Part shown: piece after piece, positions 56,799 through 64,000 of the stretch
Layout: each line of letters opens with the position of its first letter
How positions within the stretch are numbered: position 1 is the stretch's first letter
IMG/VR virus record: IMGVR_UViG_3300006310_000773
Source of the DNA: a virus
Strand: one strand, 5' to 3'
Length of the DNA: 64,000 nt
Notes under the pieces: model-generated
The model's database searches: none
What the model saw: only the letters and a program-made list of their open reading frames with translations
What the model was told of the DNA's origin: nothing
Program-made: the position numbers and the translations under genes

Positions 56799-59700
56799 GA
56801 ATCTAATGCTACAGCTCTTAAATCCTTAATTTTTGGTGGATCTATATTACTTGAAGATGTTAAAACAACTTTTATTGCAAAATATTTAAAATCTTTAAAA
56901 GTTGTAGATCCAACAGTATATGCAGCAGAATCATCTGCTGTTTTATAATTATATGTCAAGAAATCTGACTCATTTGCAGAATATACACTTGAATCGGTTT
57001 CTTGTGTCATTTTATTCCAATATTTATCATCAAATGATTCAGAATCAGTTGAACTAAGTGCTTTATAATAAATATTAATATTTGAGGTACTAGGTTTATA
57101 TGCTCTTATATATACTCTAACATCTTCAGCGTCAAACCCGTCTTGTAATGTCACTCTTCTTGTTATATATCTCGCTATTCCATTTCCACCTTCTCTATCC
57201 GTTTCTGCTGAAATTGTTACAGATCCACTTGTACCACCAGACAAAGTAGCAGTAATATTATCAAAATATCCACTTCCCTCCGCTGAAGCATATGCATCTG
57301 TAATTGCTCCTGTACCATCTGTGACTAATGTAACTCCCGCTCCCGTTCCTGTTGTTCCAGAAAGTGTGATATTACTAGTACCGTTTGCATATCCTGTTCC
57401 TCCCCCAACTACAGCCACATTATTATTACTAATTCCACCATTGTTAATATTATTTTCAACAGTTATTAAATTTAATCTAGATAAATCTATAATTGGTGAA
57501 ACATCTGAATTTGTTGTGGACATTTTCACTTGTATTTTCATATCTGGATCAGTACCACCATCATATTTACCTGTTCTAATAGTTTTTCTACTATCATGCT
57601 TAATATTTTTATTTGATGTAAATTTAGTAAAAGAATTATCTCTAACAGCAATATGAGGATATGCTTCATTTTCAGTAGTTGTTTGATAAAAATAATCTAT
57701 TACTGAATCTGAAAATTTCAATTCTGATGTACTTAATTTCATCAAATCATATGCCGTATTAGCTGTTCCATTTGAAAGAGGATGTGGAATTACATCAAAT
57801 TGACATAAATTAGAATTAAAAGATGTTAATTGAAAAGAACATTTTTGTGTTTTAAACATCAAGCTTCTATTAGTAACCGGAGTCCATTTACTAGAATTAT
57901 TTGTAACAAAAAAGTCTCCAACTTCAGGACCCTTTCCTGCTTTTGTATTTGTAGTATCAGTGTTAGTTACCATATTTCCTTCAACAGCGCTATAAACTTT
58001 ATATTTTGGACTATTTGTCATTAAAACAATAGCGAATTCGCCAGGTGGTAAATATACTGGTGATGGAAATTTAAATGTCGTTCCACTTGATGATTTTGTT
58101 GTATCAGGAGAAGAAGAGTCAACAGTTATTTCATCAGGAACAAGAACTTTTTCACCAAATGGTAGGACTTGAGCAACGCTTGGTGTTCCGTCTGTCATTG
58201 GTCTTACTTGTACTGTTACAGGCAAATAAGTATCCTTTTGTGAAAAATAGAATGTAACATTTCTTAAAAACATCCCATTTGGATATCTAGACTCATCTAT
58301 CACTATAGACTGTGCCATCGGATTCACAAAATTCGAAGAAGAACTTTTATCAGAAACAGCTGATTTTGTCACAACAGCGGATCTAATATCTTGTCTTCTC
58401 ACTAAAGAAGATCTTGTAGAAATTATACTTCCATCTGATACAGACTCCATACCCTTTATATGAAATGTTTTTTCAGCTACAGAATTAGTTTTAGATAATG
58501 TATTGTCAGCATGATCAGTAAGTCTTACTAATCTTTCTCCCATTCTAAATTGTCCAGCTGTAAATTCAAAATTTCCAACTACAGTACCATTTATATCAGA
58601 TTTAAGATTATTAACATATGTTGTTGGTACGGCTGATAAAGTCGCATTTGCTGTTACTGTTCCACTCGCAGAAACATAATCTGCTTCCACAATTGTTGAT
58701 GTACCTGTCGCAGTCCAATCACCAATTGTATTCGCAAGCATTAATGTAGTATTTCCCGTATAATCTACATGAACCAATGTTCCAGAAATTGAACTATTCG
58801 CACTTACTGTTACATATTCTCCCTCATTCGCTATAAATTCTGAGTTTCCTCCGTCAGTAATGGATAATGTCACTCCAGTATTAGCCTGCTCTGTTAAATT
58901 TACACCATCTACATATAAGTAATGATCAGTACTTGGTTTTAATCCTTGTGCTTTAAATAAAACAGTTTGTTTTCTATTCCATGAAACAATAGTATCATTA
59001 ACTTGTTTATTGTTTACTGTTTTCTTAACTGATTCTGGTTGATCTTTTGATAAAATCCCATCTCTTGTATTTTGTTGATCTATAGTCTTGGCTGATCTAT
59101 CTACTTTAGTAGAAGATGTTGATTTTTTATTCGCTTTTGAAACATCATCATTATTAATCTCTACACCACTCCAATTTTTTGACCAATTGTCCCATTGTGT
59201 ACCAAATCCATAATTATATTTACCAGATTCCCAATTATCACTACCTCCAGTTAAATTTATTAATACCTCTGGGCGCCTTCCATCATAAAACCAGGTATCA
59301 CTAGGATTTGTCATAGTTAAAATTCCATTAAACATACCAGAACCAAATGGATTTACTTCTTCAGTCGTTGTTGTAGCGGGTTGATCAATAAATCCCGTGT
59401 CTGTATAAGCAACAGAAACCAAATCTCCTGTTTTCATTATATTCGCACTATTAACATCAAGTTTAAATTTAAAATTATCAGATTCAAATGTCGGTCTTAA
59501 AAGTGTTTGATCAAAATCTATCGCTATTCTATAATCATCATCTAAAACATCACCTATTGCATGTCCCGCAAATTGGTCTACAAGTATACCATTCTTAAAT
59601 CTTTCCACTCCACCATCTGTAAATATCGCTTGTTCCTTTGCATCTTTTTCCAAAAATGAGAGAGAAGTAAAATATTCAAGTTGTTCAACTCTTTTTTCTA

Positions 59701-62700
59701 TTTTACCAATATCCCTCATAGTAAATCTTTTATTTTCAATATATTGTAAATTTACATCAGTAACCTCAAATGTATATTCAGGAATATCTGCGATATAAAT
59801 TGTCATAGAATCTTCATCATCTGCCGGAACAATAGGATCAACTGAAGGATTTCCTTCAATTACACCAAATTCCCTATCTTTTGTTACAACAATTTTATCT
59901 TTTCTTGGTAAATAAAATTGTACATCTGTCGTTAAAACAACATCTGAATCTGGTAATCTTGGTAGAACTACAGATTGATTAATTGTCGCAGAATCTAAAG
60001 CAAATGACGCAGATTCATCACCATTTGTTCTCTTTGGTCTAAAATCTAAACAATCTCTTAAACTTACTGTTTTTCCAGTTATAGGACTTGTGTATGATGG
60101 GATATCAGAAAATTCTACGCCCGCAGTTGCTCCAAGATAAGTATCTACAGTAAATGGGCCGTCTGCAGCCTGATGTACAAAATAATCAAATACCGCCACT
60201 ATTGGCACCGCCGGTGCGGATTGACCTGGTTTCAATTTAACAAATCCAAAATCATATAAATTATCTCTCTGGCCAGTTTCAAAATTATATTTGTCCGTTA
60301 TATTATTAGTATCACCAGCACTTGCACATGCTGTTGTAAACAATTCAGTAGTAAGGCTTGCAATATCAGTGTCTGGAGATTTAACAATTGCTTTCAAAGA
60401 TTTTACATCTGATGTTCTTAAACTAATCGTCGTATTAGCATAATCCGCAGCAGTAGTTGCTTTATATTGTCCTAATCCTCTTAAAGTTGTATTAGTATCA
60501 CCACTAGTAAAGGATGTTGTATTTGAATTAACAATAGTTTTAGTTCTAAAGGTAGATGCGAGAGGAGATAATGAAATAGCCGCAGTTATTGTGGCAGTGA
60601 AATTATCATTACTTCCCACACCCGTATCTAAAGCCATTGAAGTACCAGCTGCGTCTACTGAAGAGGTAGCACCAGCACCAAAATTAATAATGTCTCCAAT
60701 GTTACGCGGACACAATGCACCAATACTCCCTGTAATAGTACACACAACATGATTAAGTAAATCTGCAGATCCTAAAGAAGAACCCTTACCCGGCAAAAAC
60801 ACTCCACCAGTTTGAGTAATAGATGCAAGACCATTAGTAAAAGTTACACTAAAAAATTGCTGTTTTACTGTGTAATCAAATTTAGAAGTGACAAGAGGAT
60901 TTAAGGTTTTTACTACTGCTTGTGGTAATTCATATATTAAAGAACTTCTATCAGTATCAAATATTTTAGTAAGACTATTTGGATCTAATTGATCAACTTT
61001 ACCAAATTGTGAAATGTCTGCATACTTTTCAATATTTCCAGAACCATCTGATTCTATAACACTTTCCAAATATTTTGCGGTAAAATCAATTTCACACGTA
61101 TCACTAACTCCAACATCTGCTAAAAATGCATTTGCTAAAGTAATAGTATTTCCTTGATGATCTGTGATGAGTCTTGATACTCCATCATTATAACCACTTG
61201 TCATTTTAATTGAAGCACCAGCATATGCTAAAGAAACATTAGTGGATTTTGTAGAATTTAAAACAAGTGTTGTTCCTCCTGCAGCAATGCCCGTATGAAC
61301 ATTAGACGTTATACTTGACATTTTGGTATCATACAAATATAAATCATAAGTACCATTTGTTGCCCCAGGAGTACCAGAAAAATAATCTAATTGTCTAGGT
61401 CTAGCAGTTCCTATCTTTGATGTATTATATGTTGCTGCGGAAGTAGTATTGATATTTACTGTTCTTACACAATGTAAATCTATTGGTGCTTGTGTAGCGA
61501 CATTAAATGAACCATTCGCACTATCAATTCTCAAATTATTTCCAAAATTTGTATTCATAACAAATTCTATCGCATTGTTAGTGTCTCTACCCTTTCTTAT
61601 ATCAGCATATTCTACGGCAACACTTTCATAATCATATCCTCTTACATAAGCTTTGCCTGGTTCCAATCCAACAGACAATTTATCTAAATTATGAATAAAT
61701 TGTGTTTGTCCTGATCCAATAGGAGCAGAAACAGTCATATTCTCATCATCTGCGATTGCCGTAACTGTAGTTGTTGCAGAATTAAAAGATCCATTTGTTA
61801 AATAAACAGAATCACCAATTCTAAAATCTTTTAAAAATTTAGATTCAAGTCCAACTATTGATGCTGTTGTACTGGCTAATGTCCATCCACTCGCATTTTT
61901 ATGAGTATTTAAATTAGCCAAAAATGGTTTAACAGTATAGTTTCCTGATTCATCATAAGTTCTTCTTGCTAAAGTGTCATCTAATGCGGAATATACTGGA
62001 TATTTTACAATTTTTGTTGGAAGACCATTAACAACTCTTAATAATTCTATAAAATTTTGTTCTGAAATAGTAGTGAGTGATTTTTTACCCAATATTAAAG
62101 CAATTTTATATCTATTTGCTCCAGGTGCATTAACGTTAAAAGACCCTGAAGCATTATCTAACAATGAAGAATCATCAGTATTATTTGTAATACTTTCAGT
62201 TATAGTTAATCCAACTTTATATGATGGTGTCGTTGCAAATTTTTCTAAAACAATAGTTTGGGCGTCAACTGTGACAAAAAATCCGTTTATATAATAAATT
62301 CCAGCAGAAATACTTGCAATAGAACCATCTCCTGTAATGGTTCCGGCATCTGCGGTTTGTGCACTTATACCAGTACTGCCTGCAACATGTATCGTTGCTG
62401 ATGTTGTAGTAATTGTATCAGAACCAGAATATACTCCTATTAAAACGGGAGCATCGCTACCTTCAGCCTCTACAGTAGTAATTACATCAAAGGTAATTGT
62501 GTCTGCACCACTAAGTTGAATTTTTTGATTTGCGAATGTTGATGCAGTTTCAGTTGATGCTAATCTAATATAACTAACGTTAGTATTTAAATTAATCTGT
62601 CCACCTGTAACAATACTACCATCCTTATAAAAGGAATCGCCCAATCTGGATATTTGATTTTGTAAAATTGTCTGAAGTTGTGTTAACTCTCTAACCTGAA

Positions 62701-62806
62701 GAGAAACTCCAGGTTGAAATAACATTCTAAGAAATTTCTTAGTTTCATCATAATCATCAAAATAAGGACTTTGCTGTAAAGATGAAAGTAAACTTAATGT
62801 AGCCAT
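56795..62806 (-). CDS. Large baseplate/tail structural protein (DUF4815, VrlC-like)
   Basis: PYFDDYD...LFQPG..LQVRELTQLQ, APGANR, LARRTYDESGNY, RFTMRDIGKIEKR and KNGILVDQF; adjacent to gp8. Confidence 0.85.
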   Translation of the reverse strand: MATLSLLSSLQQSPYFDDYDETKKFLRMLFQPGVSLQVRELTQLQTILQNQISRLGDSFYKDGSIVTGGQINLNTNVSYIRLASTETASTFANQKIQLSGADTITFDVITTVEAEGSDAPVLIGVYSGSDTITTTSATIHVAGSTGISAQTADAGTITGDGSIASISAGIYYINGFFVTVDAQTIVLEKFATTPSYKVGLTITESITNNTDDSSLLDNASGSFNVNAPGANRYKIALILGKKSLTTISEQNFIELLRVVNGLPTKIVKYPVYSALDDTLARRTYDESGNYTVKPFLANLNTHKNASGWTLASTTASIVGLESKFLKDFRIGDSVYLTNGSFNSATTTVTAIADDENMTVSAPIGSGQTQFIHNLDKLSVGLEPGKAYVRGYDYESVAVEYADIRKGRDTNNAIEFVMNTNFGNNLRIDSANGSFNVATQAPIDLHCVRTVNINTTSAATYNTSKIGTARPRQLDYFSGTPGATNGTYDLYLYDTKMSSITSNVHTGIAAGGTTLVLNSTKSTNVSLAYAGASIKMTSGYNDGVSRLITDHQGNTITLANAFLADVGVSDTCEIDFTAKYLESVIESDGSGNIEKYADISQFGKVDQLDPNSLTKIFDTDRSSLIYELPQAVVKTLNPLVTSKFDYTVKQQFFSVTFTNGLASITQTGGVFLPGKGSSLGSADLLNHVVCTITGSIGALCPRNIGDIINFGAGATSSVDAAGTSMALDTGVGSNDNFTATITAAISLSPLASTFRTKTIVNSNTTSFTSGDTNTTLRGLGQYKATTAADYANTTISLRTSDVKSLKAIVKSPDTDIASLTTELFTTACASAGDTNNITDKYNFETGQRDNLYDFGFVKLKPGQSAPAVPIVAVFDYFVHQAADGPFTVDTYLGATAGVEFSDIPSYTSPITGKTVSLRDCLDFRPKRTNGDESASFALDSATINQSVVLPRLPDSDVVLTTDVQFYLPRKDKIVVTKDREFGVIEGNPSVDPIVPADDEDSMTIYIADIPEYTFEVTDVNLQYIENKRFTMRDIGKIEKRVEQLEYFTSLSFLEKDAKEQAIFTDGGVERFKNGILVDQFAGHAIGDVLDDDYRIAIDFDQTLLRPTFESDNFKFKLDVNSANIMKTGDLVSVAYTDTGFIDQPATTTTEEVNPFGSGMFNGILTMTNPSDTWFYDGRRPEVLINLTGGSDNWESGKYNYGFGTQWDNWSKNWSGVEINNDDVSKANKKSTSSTKVDRSAKTIDQQNTRDGILSKDQPESVKKTVNNKQVNDTIVSWNRKQTVLFKAQGLKPSTDHYLYVDGVNLTEQANTGVTLSITDGGNSEFIANEGEYVTVSANSSISGTLVHVDYTGNTTLMLANTIGDWTATGTSTIVEADYVSASGTVTANATLSAVPTTYVNNLKSDINGTVVGNFEFTAGQFRMGERLVRLTDHADNTLSKTNSVAEKTFHIKGMESVSDGSIISTRSSLVRRQDIRSAVVTKSAVSDKSSSSNFVNPMAQSIVIDESRYPNGMFLRNVTFYFSQKDTYLPVTVQVRPMTDGTPSVAQVLPFGEKVLVPDEITVDSSSPDTTKSSSGTTFKFPSPVYLPPGEFAIVLMTNSPKYKVYSAVEGNMVTNTDTTNTKAGKGPEVGDFFVTNNSSKWTPVTNRSLMFKTQKCSFQLTSFNSNLCQFDVIPHPLSNGTANTAYDLMKLSTSELKFSDSVIDYFYQTTTENEAYPHIAVRDNSFTKFTSNKNIKHDSRKTIRTGKYDGGTDPDMKIQVKMSTTNSDVSPIIDLSRLNLITVENNINNGGISNNNVAVVGGGTGYANGTSNITLSGTTGTGAGVTLVTDGTGAITDAYASAEGSGYFDNITATLSGGTSGSVTISAETDREGGNGIARYITRRVTLQDGFDAEDVRVYIRAYKPSTSNINIYYKALSSTDSESFDDKYWNKMTQETDSSVYSANESDFLTYNYKTADDSAAYTVGSTTFKDFKYFAIKVVLTSSSNIDPPKIKDLRAVALDS

Positions 62807-62809
62807 GAA

Positions 62810-64000
62810 TTAAAACTCTATTATTAATTTGATATCTTCGGTTTGATCTGAGGCTCTTACAACAGGAGACCTATTTTCCACATACAAAAGTGTTCCAGAA
62901 TATGGTTTAAATTCTCCAGCAGTTAAAGAGGTGACGGTAGCCGTACTTCCATCACATGTAACAGTTTCAGCTTCCTGGAATCCTCCCGGCTTGCCAGCAA
63001 TATCAGGACCTTGATTAGGATTTGTCAAATTTGAACCAGTACCTGCCGCAGTTCCTAGTAATCTATTTGCATTTGTTGGACCCAAAGACATTGATACTAA
63101 TCTCAAATCTTTTACACCTGATGAAACAACTACTTCATCAACAATTCTTCCTATTGCGCCTGACGTATTTCCTTGAACATATCCATCATCAATAAAATTT
63201 GAACCATTTATTGAAGAAACCCGCATTGTTACAGCCTGAGTACCTGCCTGTGCCGTAAATCTATGTGTTGTATTAGCTGAAACAGGATTTTTTATTAATC
63301 CAACTTTTCTAAAATCATTTACTACTGGAAATTTACCACTCTCACTTTGTTCTATTCTTTGATTAATCATAATAAAATTTCCCCCCAATTCTTCAACAAT
63401 ATCATATGCATGACCACCTGACGGGCCAATTCTTGGTACAATCACACCACCGGAACCAGTTGCTCCTGTACCAGATTGTATTACTTTAACTTCTGCAGTG
63501 TTATAACCAGAACCTACTACTCCCGCAAAAACCGCACCAAGTGTACCAGAAGTTCCCCCCTCTACACATCGAGCTGTTGCTCCTGTACCATCACCATAAA
63601 CGGCGAGTCGAGGTTGAACTGTAAATGATCCTGTTGCATCTCCCGCTAATGCTTCAGTTAAAGTAAATTGTCCTTTAGACTGTCCTTCATCATATACATA
63701 AGTATCTATTATTCGAATATCATTATTAATATAAACTGCTGAACCATCATAAATTCCATCTGTAGTATTAATTCCCGCTGTCGCAGTTTCAAAGAAAGTC
63801 GTAGTTGTAGAACCTACTGTTGCTCCGGTAAAAAATAAATAATTTGATCCTGCGTCTGTAATATTATAAACATCTATCGCACCTTTTACAGAATTCACCT
63901 CAATATCATATTGATTAGATCCATCATCCAAAGGCATTCCCGTAGATCCCGTTAATCCTATAGAATTAGCATTTCTTAATGTCTTACAAGGAATATAATT
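62810..64000 (-). CDS. gp8: Baseplate wedge protein (gp8-like), 5' end runs off the window
   Basis: Frame stays open to the window edge; GDGTGA, GGHAYDIVEELG, NDFRKVGLIKNP and YSGTLLYVENRSPVVRASDQTEDIKLIIEF. Confidence 0.9.
   Translation of the reverse strand, partial: NYIPCKTLRNANSIGLTGSTGMPLDDGSNQYDIEVNSVKGAIDVYNITDAGSNYLFFTGATVGSTTTTFFETATAGINTTDGIYDGSAVYINNDIRIIDTYVYDEGQSKGQFTLTEALAGDATGSFTVQPRLAVYGDGTGATARCVEGGTSGTLGAVFAGVVGSGYNTAEVKVIQSGTGATGSGGVIVPRIGPSGGHAYDIVEELGGNFIMINQRIEQSESGKFPVVNDFRKVGLIKNPVSANTTHRFTAQAGTQAVTMRVSSINGSNFIDDGYVQGNTSGAIGRIVDEVVVSSGVKDLRLVSMSLGPTNANRLLGTAAGTGSNLTNPNQGPDIAGKPGGFQEAETVTCDGSTATVTSLTAGEFKPYSGTLLYVENRSPVVRASDQTEDIKLIIEF

Noticed and set aside
3007-62519. 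Numerous 60-127 aa ORFs antisense or out of frame to long genes (e.g. 4425-4808, 8412-8747, 31416-31796, 57321-57656, 61974-62294)
   Set aside because: Nested in well-supported genes, with no motifs and with composition typical of reverse-frame translation.
1-64000. Alternative genetic code or stop-codon readthrough
   Set aside because: Core genes are full length under the standard code and coding density is high.
1-64000. tRNA, rRNA or IS elements
   Set aside because: Intergenic gaps are short, and no cloverleaf, T-loop motif, transposase or terminal inverted repeats were seen by eye. A tRNAscan run would be needed to be certain.

Overview
AT-rich segment of a large T4-like (Tevenvirinae-like, probably marine) myovirus genome, read almost entirely on the minus strand. 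It follows the conserved virion gene order: gp8 baseplate wedge, DUF4815 structural protein, tail fibres, gp13, gp14, gp15, gp16, gp17, gp18, three gp19 tail-tube paralogs, gp20 portal. Two accessory blocks interrupt it. (1) About 8 kb between small and large terminase carries an orphan Pycsar-effector-like membrane protein, an AapJ-like amino-acid-binding protein, a CxxCH membrane protein, a holin-like ORF, a SleB-like hydrolase, and several proteins with T4-type capsid-targeting N-termini. (2) A ~33 kb enzyme island (18.3-51.1 kb) lies between gp13 and the tail-fibre genes. It encodes 9 radical SAM domains in 8 ORFs, about six Fe/2OG-type oxygenases, two adenylate-forming enzymes, QueC-like, GNAT-like, PLP, SGNH, methyltransferase and glycosyltransferase enzymes, and a TctA/TctC transporter. 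T4-late-type promoter motifs precede the island operons, and the island abuts a virion-like protein with a periodic (Q-Y/W-x-G)n aromatic repeat. The main hypothesis (inference) is a phage-encoded, RiPP-like system that post-translationally tailors virion proteins. No tRNA, rRNA, CRISPR array or transposase was seen. All family calls come from motif recognition by eye, not database searches.
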